Notes under the pieces: model-generated | Told to the model about the DNA's origin: nothing | The model's database searches: none | The model's input: the letters and a program-made list of their open reading frames with translations, nothing else | Assembly: GCA_043801745.1 (NCBI GenBank) | Contig: JAZDLR010000022.1 | Span: 65,960-129,959 of the forward strand | Direction of reading: 5' to 3' | DNA length: 64,000 bases | DNA from: Candidatus Komeilibacteria bacterium | GTDB lineage: Bacteria; Patescibacteriota; Patescibacteriia; UBA1558; 2-01-FULL-52-15 | Shown here: in pieces, positions 20,406-29,850 of the stretch | Layout of the letters: each line of letters opens with the position of its first letter | How positions within the stretch are numbered: the stretch's first letter is position 1 | Program-made: the position numbers and the translations under genes

Positions 20406-20473
20406 GATGATAGGTTAGCAAATCAGTAAATTACTGTAAATATTGACAAATCTTTGATAATATTCCGTTACAT

Positions 20474-22180
20474 TTATTTCAAAATCCAAAACTTCACATC
20501 CCCATTATCACGCACTAAGTTAAAATCTTGGGGATGTTGCTGAATAAATTGCAGCTCAAAAGACGGATATTTGGTAACTAAGTAGTCAACTTTCGCGGCC
20601 TCTAATGACGCACGCCATTTTTCATAAGGAATAGCAGCTGCTGAAACAAAAATAACTGTATTGGATAAATTTATATTCCACAAAGGAAAAAGTATCTGCA
20701 AACGGCCATCATAGGCAACCACACTCCCCGGCTGCTGAATTGCCTCCAAACCCACAAATTCCGGAAAACGGTCAGTAATCTGTGTTGGCTGCCACATATT
20801 ACTAGTGATCAAACAACTATTAATTATTAACAATAGAGTCCAAGTGATTACTAACCAGCGCCACTGACCATGGAGACAATTAATAATCCCAGTCAAGGCC
20901 AGGCTGCCGGCAGCCGTGACAAAAATACTATAACGTAACCACCAGTTGGCCGGCATAATAAGAAAACCCAGAACCAAAACAATAATCAAGCTATAAAATT
21001 TCCACTGCCTTTGCTTCCAACCCCAGACCAAAAAAAATATTAACGCTGGTAGTAACACGCCGAGCCACAACCAGCCAAAGCCTCCGGGATTCATCTGATA
21101 ACTATAATCTCCATTAACAGTGGAAAAATTGATCCACAGCTGTTCCCAATAATTATGACCCTTAAGTACGGCTGCCTGCGAATTACCCAGAAGCTGATCT
21201 AGCGAGATCAATCCCGGACCCACCGGATACAGTGGCGTGCCATGAGCCCACCAGTTACGGATGTAGAAGAAGCTACCAAAGCTTAAGATCATTAACACGT
21301 ACCAAGGCCACTTATAGGGCCACGGCCGGCCCATTACTAATTTCCATATTGTTGCCAAGATGACCAAGGGAATCATCGTGGCTTTGCTGCCGATTAGAAT
21401 GCCGGCCGTGATGGACCAAAGCCACCAGGACTCATCATATTTTTTTATGGACCAATACAACAGTAATAGAAACACAGCCGATAGCGCTAAATCAATATAA
21501 TTAGTACGGAGTTGTAATAAATTCACAGGAACCAGCGCGTAAGTCAGTCCGGCAAGAAAAGCTAAACCTTGGGAAATTTTAAACTCCCGAGCTAAGGCGT
21601 AAACTGTCAAAGCTCCGAGCAACCAAAAAAGTAGGTTCGTTGTCTGCAGTAATGACTGATTATGCCAAAAAGCTAAATGCCAGGCTTGCCAGGCTTCAAT
21701 CGCTTTGGGATAAACATTTATCCAGGGAATCAACGTAATAAAATACTCAATTTTTCCTTGCTGCAATAAGTAAGCAGCCCAAGGCAAATGGTAATTCAAG
21801 CTGTCAAAAGAAATATCCCGGGAATTAAAGGATAGAGCAATAACTAATAAGCCTAGCAAAAAAACTAAGCCGACAACGATATATTCCGCTGCCTGACGGC
21901 CAATAAGCACTTTCCAGGCTGATCTGATAGTCCGGCGGCTAAACCAGCCAACAATAAATATAACAATAATTTGCCACAGCCAAATTGAGGCAGTTGAAAA
22001 TAAACCGAGCCAACCCAAAAGAAACACGCCGGCAATTGTCTGCGCCACAACTAACAATAAAGCGGCCAGAAGGCTATCCAGACTGGTCCAGCGACGCTGT
22101 TGCCAATAACTAAACCAAACATAGCCAGCGGCTAAGTGAAAAACCAGGTAAACCAGCCCTGAGACTAACGCTTGAGCCAT
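20474..22180 (-). CDS. GT-C type membrane glycosyltransferase-like protein
   Basis: Multi-TM; DSLNYHLP, YPK, NYID, RNWW..GTPLYP motifs. Confidence 0.75.
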   Translation of the reverse strand: MAQALVSGLVYLVFHLAAGYVWFSYWQQRRWTSLDSLLAALLLVVAQTIAGVFLLGWLGLFSTASIWLWQIIVIFIVGWFSRRTIRSAWKVLIGRQAAEYIVVGLVFLLGLLVIALSFNSRDISFDSLNYHLPWAAYLLQQGKIEYFITLIPWINVYPKAIEAWQAWHLAFWHNQSLLQTTNLLFWLLGALTVYALAREFKISQGLAFLAGLTYALVPVNLLQLRTNYIDLALSAVFLLLLYWSIKKYDESWWLWSITAGILIGSKATMIPLVILATIWKLVMGRPWPYKWPWYVLMILSFGSFFYIRNWWAHGTPLYPVGPGLISLDQLLGNSQAAVLKGHNYWEQLWINFSTVNGDYSYQMNPGGFGWLWLGVLLPALIFFLVWGWKQRQWKFYSLIIVLVLGFLIMPANWWLRYSIFVTAAGSLALTGIINCLHGQWRWLVITWTLLLIINSCLITSNMWQPTQITDRFPEFVGLEAIQQPGSVVAYDGRLQILFPLWNINLSNTVIFVSAAAIPYEKWRASLEAAKVDYLVTKYPSFELQFIQQHPQDFNLVRDNGDVKFWILK

Positions 22181-23460
22181 GAAGGCGATTGTCTGACTAA
22201 TAATTCTTCCGCCCGACTCTGATCTGCCATCAAACCACGGACAATACGTTCGGTGCGCGTTCCTTGCGAACCTTTAACCAATAATAAGGTCCCGGCCAAG
22301 TTCTTTTTTTGTAAATATTCCAGAGCAGCTATTGAAGTCGGAACAGTTACGATTCTATCAGCCGGTAATCCGGCTTCTGCAGCGCCTTGGCGGATAACTT
22401 CGGCGTGCTCCCCTACTGCCACCAGAAAGCCAACATTTATTTCTCCTGCCACCCGGCCAATTTCCTGATGCGCGCTGACAGTATAATCACCCAGCTCCAG
22501 CATCTCACCCAAAACCGCGCCGGTAGTGGCGTTCATTTCTTTGGCTAACCGCTGTAAAGTCGTCAGAGCTGCTTTGGTTGATTGCGGCGAAGCATTGTAA
22601 GTATCATCAATCAGCAGTAAACCATTCAAACCTCCAATCAAGCGTCCACGTCCGGCCGGCGGCTGAAAGTGCCGTAAAGCTTGTGCTACTTCCACTAAAT
22701 TCATTCCCTGATGTAAACCAACAGCGGCAGCAGCCAGAGCCGCTGATACACTGGCTTTAGTAATAGATAGCGGCAGAAAAGCCGGCACAGTATTTCCCTG
22801 ATAGTTAATTTTGAAAGCAATACCCCAGCCATTGTTTTGGTTACTCAAGGTATCATCGCTGGCACGCACATCAGCCTGTTCATTAAAACCGTAAGTCAAT
22901 AACTTACTGTGTACTTTGCCGGTCAGCGTAGCAATTAATGGGTCATCGATATTTAGCACCGCCAAACCGTCGGCCGGCAAGTTACGGAAAATATCGCTTT
23001 TTTCTTTCACCACAGCATCAATAGTTTTAAAAAATTCCAAGTGCGACGGTCCGATTGTTGTCAGCACGCCAACATTGAGCGGCGCCAGGCCAGTCAACTG
23101 CTGAATATTTCCCTGACGGTCAGCGCCCATTTCCAGGATTAGCAGCTCCGGATAATCCGGCTGCTTCTTCAGCAAAGACAACGACTTGGTCAGAATACCC
23201 CACCAAGCTCCCAAGTCGCGTCCGGGCTCTTCCACGCCAATTACCGTAAAAGGCAAACCCAGCTCATTATTAAAACTTTTGGCTGATGCGCGTAAGCGGT
23301 AGCGCTGCCGTAAAACCGTGGCAATAGCTTCCTTAGTTGACGTTTTACCCACGCTGCCGGTAATACCAATAATAAAGGGCTTCTGGACCCTAATAATCCT
23401 GCGCGTGAACCAAAACAGTACTTTAATCAGGAGATTTCTCATATGGTTATTATACACCAC
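22165..23460 (-). CDS. murF: UDP-N-acetylmuramoyl-tripeptide--D-Ala-D-Ala ligase
   Basis: GITGSVGKTSTKE, NNELGLP, DDTYNASP, G.MLELG, LVKGS. Confidence 0.95.
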   Translation of the reverse strand: MVYNNHMRNLLIKVLFWFTRRIIRVQKPFIIGITGSVGKTSTKEAIATVLRQRYRLRASAKSFNNELGLPFTVIGVEEPGRDLGAWWGILTKSLSLLKKQPDYPELLILEMGADRQGNIQQLTGLAPLNVGVLTTIGPSHLEFFKTIDAVVKEKSDIFRNLPADGLAVLNIDDPLIATLTGKVHSKLLTYGFNEQADVRASDDTLSNQNNGWGIAFKINYQGNTVPAFLPLSITKASVSAALAAAAVGLHQGMNLVEVAQALRHFQPPAGRGRLIGGLNGLLLIDDTYNASPQSTKAALTTLQRLAKEMNATTGAVLGEMLELGDYTVSAHQEIGRVAGEINVGFLVAVGEHAEVIRQGAAEAGLPADRIVTVPTSIAALEYLQKKNLAGTLLLVKGSQGTRTERIVRGLMADQSRAEELLVRQSPSWLKR

Positions 23461-25193
23461 TACCGTTCCGGCGGTATCTGATAATAATTCAGCAAAAATT
23501 TGGCAATTTCTCCGAATAGCGGCGTGGCGCTACTTTCCGCCCAAGCGGCGCCGGAAGGATTAGTCAATTTCGTTACCATGGTAAAGCGCGGGCTGCTGAC
23601 CGGTCCAAAACCGACGAAAGTCTGAATCGTCTTATCGCTGTATTTACCGTTCTCCACTACTTGAGCTGTTCCGGTCTTACCGGCTATGTAGTAGCCGGGA
23701 ACACCCGCTTTCTTACCAAAACCATTTTCCACTACGCTGACCATCATGGCTGTGACTTTGCTGGCGGTATCGGAGGTAATCACCTGACGCAAAACTTTGG
23801 GTTGACGGTTTTCCACCATCCCCTTGTCATTTTTTACTTCCTCAACAATATAGGGCTGCATCAGCTGACCGCGATTAGCAATAGCATTAACGGCATTGAC
23901 TAATTGCAGACCAGTGACGGTAATTCCCTGTCCGTAGGACGCCGTGGCTTTATGAATCTGACCCTGCTTGGACAAAGAACTGATGTCGCCGCTGACTTCC
24001 TGATCCAGTTCCAAATTATATTTCTGGCCAAAACCGTAATTGCTCAAATAATTCTTAAAAACATTATTAGGAACATTTTCGGTGGCAAAAATCATACCCG
24101 TATTAAGCGACTGCTCTAATACTTGCGTCATAGTCACGACACCGTGCGCCTTACGGTCAGAATTATGAATCTCAAATCCGGCCAGTTTGACTACGCCCTT
24201 GTCTTCATAGGTGGTAGCCGGCGTTACTTTGCCGCTATCAATCGCCACTGACATAGCCAACACTTTGAAAACCGAACCCGGCTCATAAGCATCAAAAACC
24301 ACATTATTATTAAACCGGCCGATGTCCTGCACCTCGTTGTAAACATTAGGATCAAAGCTAGGACTATTGCACAAAGCCAGAATGCGCCCGGTAGTTGTTT
24401 CTTCAATAATAACAGTTCCATCCGATGCACCCAGGTCTTTCACGGCTCGATCCAAGGCTTTGCAGGCCTGATATTGAATTGTGCGGTCAATGGTTAAAAT
24501 CAAATCAGCGCCATTAACCGCCTTATCTCCTCCACTCTGGCCGCCAATAGCGATTCCCGCCGGAGATTTAAACCAACTGCCGATCCAATCTACGCCGGCC
24601 AATTGTTTGTCCCAATAACTTTCTAAACCGTACTTACCCACCTTATCATCATTAAGATAACCGTAAAAACCTAAAAGCTGAGCGCCAATTTCTTTGTCAG
24701 GATAATAACGCCAAATTTCCTCGCGGCTAAGAATACCCGGAAGCTGCAGCGCTTCAATTTGTTTCTTCTGCTCAACCGGAACCTTGTGTTTAATCAATTC
24801 ATACTGATCGTCGGTTTTTTCCAAGCGCGGCAGTAAATCTTCTTTTTTCAGATCAAGAATCGTGGCCAGAGCCTCGGCGCTATTATCGGGACGGGTCACC
24901 TTGGAAGGAGCGGCAAATATTTCGTAGAAAATTTTGTTGGCGGCCAAAGGATATAAATCGCTGCCGCCAACATTAGTATGATCGCGGGCAAAAATTTGAC
25001 CTCTGGTGGCGGACACGGTTGATATGGTCTGCTGCTGACGCAGTCCCTGATCCGCGTACTGCTCGTGGCGGATGACCTGCAACCAGAATAGGCGCGCGAT
25101 AATGGCTAAGAAAAAAAGCAAAATAACGACACTAAGTATCGTTATTCGTTTATTGATACGACCGGAATCTCCCCAGTCCAGACTCCGCATCAT
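23460..25193 (-). CDS. ftsI: Class B penicillin-binding protein (FtsI)
   Basis: EPGSVFK, SLN, KTGTAQ; dcw cluster context. Confidence 0.9.
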   Translation of the reverse strand: MMRSLDWGDSGRINKRITILSVVILLFFLAIIARLFWLQVIRHEQYADQGLRQQQTISTVSATRGQIFARDHTNVGGSDLYPLAANKIFYEIFAAPSKVTRPDNSAEALATILDLKKEDLLPRLEKTDDQYELIKHKVPVEQKKQIEALQLPGILSREEIWRYYPDKEIGAQLLGFYGYLNDDKVGKYGLESYWDKQLAGVDWIGSWFKSPAGIAIGGQSGGDKAVNGADLILTIDRTIQYQACKALDRAVKDLGASDGTVIIEETTTGRILALCNSPSFDPNVYNEVQDIGRFNNNVVFDAYEPGSVFKVLAMSVAIDSGKVTPATTYEDKGVVKLAGFEIHNSDRKAHGVVTMTQVLEQSLNTGMIFATENVPNNVFKNYLSNYGFGQKYNLELDQEVSGDISSLSKQGQIHKATASYGQGITVTGLQLVNAVNAIANRGQLMQPYIVEEVKNDKGMVENRQPKVLRQVITSDTASKVTAMMVSVVENGFGKKAGVPGYYIAGKTGTAQVVENGKYSDKTIQTFVGFGPVSSPRFTMVTKLTNPSGAAWAESSATPLFGEIAKFLLNYYQIPPER

Positions 25194-25198
25194 CAGAG

Positions 25199-25504
25199 TT
25201 AGTGGTTAAAGGCCACAGAGCCGCGTGGCTGGAGATAAATTACTTTCTCACTGCGGACCAGGCTTAAAGCGATACTGACCTGATTCAACCGTTCAATTGA
25301 GCGCAATTCCGCTACCGATAACTGTAACTGCTCATTCTCCAGACTCAACTGTTTGGCCTGATTCAGCTGATTGGCGGTGTCATTAGTTTGCGCCGCCGCC
25401 ACATTGGCAAAAATTAAACGCAATAAAAACGTAGCCACCACCAGCGCTACGAGAGCAACGTTGATTCTGACCAAAGGGATTGTTGTTTTTGTTTTTGTTA
25501 TCAT
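25199..25504 (-). CDS. ftsL: FtsL-like cell division protein
   Basis: TM plus coiled coil, between rsmH and ftsI. Confidence 0.6.
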   Translation of the reverse strand: MITKTKTTIPLVRINVALVALVVATFLLRLIFANVAAAQTNDTANQLNQAKQLSLENEQLQLSVAELRSIERLNQVSIALSLVRSEKVIYLQPRGSVAFNH

Positions 25505-25535
25505 TTTTTTATCGCCCTGTGGGCGAGACCTTTTT

Positions 25536-26474
25536 TTAAATTTTTTCCACCGCGCGCAGCACTGCGCTGCGGCTGCGGTGATTATTGCTAATTTCCTCCG
25601 GACCGGGCCGGATAGCTTTCTTGGTTAAAATTTTTAAAGATGCCTTATGGCTGCAAGTACAGATCGGCTGACTGGCCGGACAGATACAATCCCGGGCCTG
25701 CGAACGGAACCAGTGCTTCACGATCCGGTCTTCGGCTGAATGAAAAGCAATAATCACTAAGCGAGCACCGCTGGGCAATAACTCAATAATCCGCGGCAAA
25801 GCTTGTTGGATATTGTCCAACTCCTGATTAATGGCAATGCGCAAGGCTTGAAAAGTCTTAGTGGCCGGATGAATCTTGGTAATCCTAGGTGGCAAGACTT
25901 TCGTAATAGCCTCAACTATCTGGGGTACTAACAGCCTATTATCAAACTGCCTACTGACCTGTTTCAAAGAACGCGCAATTTTGCGCCACTGCCGTTCATC
26001 ACCGTAATCCCGGATAATCTGTCCCAACTCGTCTTCCGGAACTCTGGCGATTAACTGAGCGGCGGTCTGTCCTGTTTCCGGATCAAAGCGCATATCCAAC
26101 GGGCCCTGATCCGTAAAGGAAAAACCCCGACCAGCGGTATCTAATTGATCCGATGAAACACCAAGGTCAAGTAGAAAACCGCTAATTGGAGTAATTGAGC
26201 TGACAGCATCGAATTTTTTTGTTATTTGTTTGTAATTTTCACGGCGCACTATCGCTCGTGCGCCAAACCGGCGTAACCGACTCGTGGCCGCGGCAATGGC
26301 TCGAGGGTCAAGATCTAATCCCAGTACTCGTCCGTGGGGTCCGTTTTTTTTTAAAATTGCTTCCGCGTGTCCTCCGCCTCCGACTGTGCCATCAATGTAA
26401 TTCTTATTGGGTCCAACCTGTAAATACTGCAGCACCTCTGCAACCATTACTGACTCATGACTGTAGGCAGACAT
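25536..26474 (-). CDS. rsmH: 16S rRNA m4C1402 methyltransferase
   Basis: DGTVGGGGHA, DLGVSS.Q, PLDMR, HPATKTFQALRI; start reassigned to 26474. Confidence 0.95.
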   Translation of the reverse strand: MSAYSHESVMVAEVLQYLQVGPNKNYIDGTVGGGGHAEAILKKNGPHGRVLGLDLDPRAIAAATSRLRRFGARAIVRRENYKQITKKFDAVSSITPISGFLLDLGVSSDQLDTAGRGFSFTDQGPLDMRFDPETGQTAAQLIARVPEDELGQIIRDYGDERQWRKIARSLKQVSRQFDNRLLVPQIVEAITKVLPPRITKIHPATKTFQALRIAINQELDNIQQALPRIIELLPSGARLVIIAFHSAEDRIVKHWFRSQARDCICPASQPICTCSHKASLKILTKKAIRPGPEEISNNHRSRSAVLRAVEKI

Positions 26475-26905
26475 TAGACACCTAAACTTCCTAAATTCTC
26501 GGCAATCTCCGTGCTGTCTCTCTCGGTTTCTGTCTGATACTTGCGCCACTTCACCTGATCCCAGATTTCTAAACGGTTCATCAGTCCGGCAACGACAACG
26601 GATTTTTTTAATCCGGCAAAACTTTTTAAATACTCCGGCAGAGTTATGCGCCCCTGACTGTCAAATTCCACCTCCATGGCGCCAGAAAGCATCAAACGGG
26701 CAAAAGCTCTGGACTTAGCTTGTCCAATAGGCAGATCAGAAATCTTGCCTGACAGTTTCAACCATTCAGCCTGAGGGTAAATAAATAAACAATTATCCAG
26801 TCCTCTAGTAACAACTGCACCTTTGCCTAACTTGGCGCGGAATTTGGCTGGTACTAGCAAACGGTTCTTATCGTCCAAATTATATTGATATTCGCCGATA
26901 AACAT
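26474..26905 (-). CDS. mraZ: Division/cell wall cluster repressor MraZ
   Basis: MFIGEY...DDKNR, DSQGRI.LP. Confidence 0.97.
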   Translation of the reverse strand: MFIGEYQYNLDDKNRLLVPAKFRAKLGKGAVVTRGLDNCLFIYPQAEWLKLSGKISDLPIGQAKSRAFARLMLSGAMEVEFDSQGRITLPEYLKSFAGLKKSVVVAGLMNRLEIWDQVKWRKYQTETERDSTEIAENLGSLGV

Positions 26906-26913
26906 TGGAATTA

Positions 26914-26969
26914 GAAGTAAGAAGTAAGAAGTAAGGAGTAAGGAGTAAGGAGTAAGGAGGAAGAAGTAA
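26914..26969 (+). repeat. Heptamer tandem repeat, 8 units of G(A/G)AGTAA
   Basis: Read directly in the mraZ 5' region. Confidence 0.9.
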
Positions 26970-27006
26970 GGGAAGATAATAGTTATACACAGAGGTACCT
27001 AGTTAT

Positions 27007-27059
27007 CCCCACTTTCTCCCACTACACTCCATTATATACCACTTGGGCTAAAATTTCAA
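27007..27059 (-). promoter_or_regulatory. mraZ promoter with MraZ-binding repeats
   Basis: TTGAAA-N17-TATAAT; four (A/G)TGG boxes at 10-bp period overlapping the -10 element. Confidence 0.8.
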
Positions 27060-27181
27060 CCACTGATATCCACTTATTTACGACATATTGATGAAATTTT
27101 GGCAAACTGCCAAATATAAAACCGCACCCCCAGCAACTAGGTCATAGTTGCATGCGAGGGTGCGGGTAAACCAGCGACCAT

Positions 27182-27688
27182 TTAGATCCCAATACAGTGA
27201 GACAAGGCCGCCCGTGCCGCCTGAACTTCACCCTCCGGCTTTCCCTGGGTCAGGATATTCATGATCTTTATGACCTCATCGCCAGTCAGGACATGTTCCC
27301 TGGCACCAACGGCTACCATCAGGGTATGGTCAAGGTCCTCCCGTAATCCCGAGAAGGACAGGAGTCCCTTCTCTGTCCTGATAGCGCCGCCGTACTCATC
27401 AAACCTCGGCCGCCGACTCTGCCAGCTGGAAACATGGTCCGGATGAGTGAGCAGCCGAGCCGATTTTTCGGTTGAATAGAACAGGTATTTGGGCAGCTTG
27501 TCTTCCCAGACGTCCCCAATGCCGTAAACCAGTTCCAACAAACCACTTTCGTGATTCCGGAGACTGAAGAAGCCCCCATGAGAATCACGATCGTGAAGGT
27601 GCCGGACCTTGGGAAAGATCTCCTCCAGGGCTGCGACGAGCCGCACGTGAAGCGGAGAGCTATGGATAGTAGGGTGGACCCATGACAA
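27182..27688 (-). CDS. Hypothetical protein, possibly GlcG/HbpS-like
   Basis: GAGGAGG SD; GGAI...SFSG..E..D resembles the GlcG C-terminus (weak). Confidence 0.6.
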   Translation of the reverse strand: MSWVHPTIHSSPLHVRLVAALEEIFPKVRHLHDRDSHGGFFSLRNHESGLLELVYGIGDVWEDKLPKYLFYSTEKSARLLTHPDHVSSWQSRRPRFDEYGGAIRTEKGLLSFSGLREDLDHTLMVAVGAREHVLTGDEVIKIMNILTQGKPEGEVQAARAALSHCIGI

Positions 27689-27740
27689 CCTCCTCAGTTA
27701 GAGACAGCAGTGTCCAGAAACTAAATCAATGAAGCCAAGC

Positions 27741-28169
27741 TTAGATGACAACCTGACTATCCTGCTCCTCCACCGCAGCCACCCAGTAGATTAGGTGGCC
27801 GGAGCCGGAACGATGTGTGATGGTCACCTGGCCCGGCGCAAACCTGATGTGTGGATTGTCGGACCGCGGGTCGTAGCCGCTGTCTTCCAGCAAATCGGTC
27901 CACAGATCCCAAACTCCACTGGAATCTGAGACGATCAGACCAGCACGCTTCCTGTCTGCTCCATAGTGAACCTGAACTGGATCACCGGTCGAATCCGACG
28001 CAAGCTGCTGACCGGGCAAAACCTTCGGCCTATAGTGGGAAGATTCGTGCGCGGTCACAAAAGTGAAGCGCCGACCCACAAGTAGTGTGCGTAACAAGGC
28101 GGCCACCCGTTCAATATTCCTGACAGTGAGCATGCCGCCCCAATTCAAATCCATCATCTTCTCTGACAT
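27741..28169 (-). CDS. Hypothetical protein
   Basis: AAGGAG SD; GC-rich three-gene unit. Confidence 0.65.
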   Translation of the reverse strand: MSEKMMDLNWGGMLTVRNIERVAALLRTLLVGRRFTFVTAHESSHYRPKVLPGQQLASDSTGDPVQVHYGADRKRAGLIVSDSSGVWDLWTDLLEDSGYDPRSDNPHIRFAPGQVTITHRSGSGHLIYWVAAVEEQDSQVVI

Positions 28170-28200
28170 TATCCTACTCCTTCCACTCGTAGCGGGAATA

Positions 28201-28662
28201 TCATGCTAACAACGAAATGTCAGAACTTCTGACCAGTATTGCCCGAGAATCTTCTTCCCAGCGGCTCGCCATGGCCATCATTGCTGACCATTCAACCTGA
28301 TGCTGGTTGCGGTCGTGGAAAACAGCCATATCTTCAAACGAGCCGTGCTCCATCTCAACAATGATCACCCGATAACCCCGGGCTTGGGCTTCCTGAAAAT
28401 AATGCTCATACTCCCAGAGCTGTGATGCGGTATTATCCACGATCACGGACTGACCACTTGCCAAGGCGCCTGAGAAGGTGGCATGACAAGCCGCGTGAGC
28501 CTGGGACAGTTGGGCCGGATCAAAGCAATATCTGCCAGCCTGCCAGAAGTAATCATCGGCGCTGGCAATAACTGCCTGAAATTTCCTGGCCAGCCAGCTG
28601 GCTACATGCGACTTTCCGGAACCCGGCAAGCCGCGCATGATGATGCAGACCGGTTCCATCAA
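28201..28662 (-). CDS. P-loop kinase (AAA_33/N4BP2-like polynucleotide kinase family)
   Basis: MRGLPGSGKS, SADDYF, AH..C, IVDNT, RN.H.V. Confidence 0.85.
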   Translation of the reverse strand: MMEPVCIIMRGLPGSGKSHVASWLARKFQAVIASADDYFWQAGRYCFDPAQLSQAHAACHATFSGALASGQSVIVDNTASQLWEYEHYFQEAQARGYRVIIVEMEHGSFEDMAVFHDRNQHQVEWSAMMAMASRWEEDSRAILVRSSDISLLA

Positions 28663-29031
28663 TCAGCTCCTTTGTGAAAGTACGGTTCGAAAAAATCGGA
28701 ATATAACAGAATAACATAGTTTGATAACTATGTCAATAATTTTCATTAGATTGTAGGATTTAGGCGTTAGGACTTAGGCTGAAAAAATAGCCCATTCATA
28801 ATAATTATTAAGTATTTAGGCATAACCAGCACATAGCCGCGTAGCCAAATTCTTGGTATAATTTACTCAATAACAAATGTTCACCCACGAACTAAATAGG
28901 GGTAAATAAAGAAAGAAGCTAATTTTAGCGTCTTTTAACGTCTCTATTTGACAAGTCTGTGGATAAGTGCAAGGCTGAAAGTCCTTTCAAACTAAAAGAC
29001 CACCTATACCGACGAGAGATATTTTCAAAAT

Positions 29032-29106
29032 TGGTGGACCGCACGGGCTATGATCCCGTAATGAAGAGTTAGAAGCTCTTCGTGATGCCAATTTCACTAG
29101 CGGCCC
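29032..29106 (-). tRNA. tRNA-Arg (TCT)
   Basis: GGGCCGC...GCGGTCC-ACCA; anticodon loop CTTCTAA; atypical T loop ATCATAG. Confidence 0.9.
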
Positions 29107-29145
29107 ACGCAATCTCTCGCCGATACAGGCGGTTTTTTATTACTC

Positions 29146-29346
29146 AAAAAAGCCACTAAAGGCAACCGCCCCGCCGATAACTAGTAAACTAGTCGCGGCA
29201 GTGTTCAAGCACCCAACGACCTTTCGGTCGGCGGGGAAGCTACCTTTAATGGCTTTAACAGCTATCTATTCGGTTGCCTTACCTCGGCTTGAAACGAGGT
29301 TAAATATCTATGAACAAATATATTTTATTGCTGAATCATTATAGCA
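29146..29346 (-). promoter_or_regulatory. Extended -10 promoter and attenuator-like structured leader of tRNA-Arg
   Basis: TGcTATAAT at 29338-29346; long stem 29149-66/29239-56 followed by U-run; competing helix 29271-80/29159-68. Confidence 0.55.
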
Positions 29347-29507
29347 CACTTTTAAGAAAACAACAACTAACAATGACTAAAAAATCGTCCATCTTTCTAA
29401 TCTCCAGACCGATTAGCTAAAAATTGGTGGATACTAAATCATATCCTGACGATAATTATGGCATATAGCTATAATAAACGCACCTACATCTATAAGATCT
29501 CTCAATA

Positions 29508-29681
29508 TTATTTTTCTGACCAATAAACTAACAAAAACAAAATACCAATATAACTAATGGATGCAAGAATTAAGGCTACAATTGGACTGGCTTTAAACCC
29601 TTCGATTATGCCATATACTAAGAGCGGTCCAATGACGAACATCCATAATAACGTCAATAGACCTTTTATTGTACTCATCAT
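29508..29681 (-). CDS. Small two-TM protein (57 aa), possibly a truncated or frameshifted gene
   Basis: Hand translation MMSTIKGLLTLLWMFV...YWSEK*; stop follows an A run. Confidence 0.35.
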   Translation of the reverse strand: MMSTIKGLLTLLWMFVIGPLLVYGIIEGFKASPIVALILASISYIGILFLLVYWSEK

Positions 29682-29733
29682 ATATACAGACTATCAAACA
29701 TATTACCTGCAGTTAAGGGATAATAACCTTTAG

Positions 29734-29847
29734 ATACCTCACCTGTCCTCTCCTTGTAAAGGAGAGGAACGCTACTAAAGAGGCTAATCGCTATGGCCAT
29801 CCATACATCCTCCCTCTCCTTTTCTAAGGAGAGGGTTGGGGTGAGGT
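29734..29847. repeat. REP-like palindromic element (CCTCTCC/GGAGAGG family)
   Basis: Inverted copy of the element at 5787-5940. Confidence 0.8.
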
Positions 29848-29850
29848 TGT

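Noticed and set aside
26914-26969. CRISPR array
   Set aside because: 7-nt tandem units without spacers; no cas genes in the window
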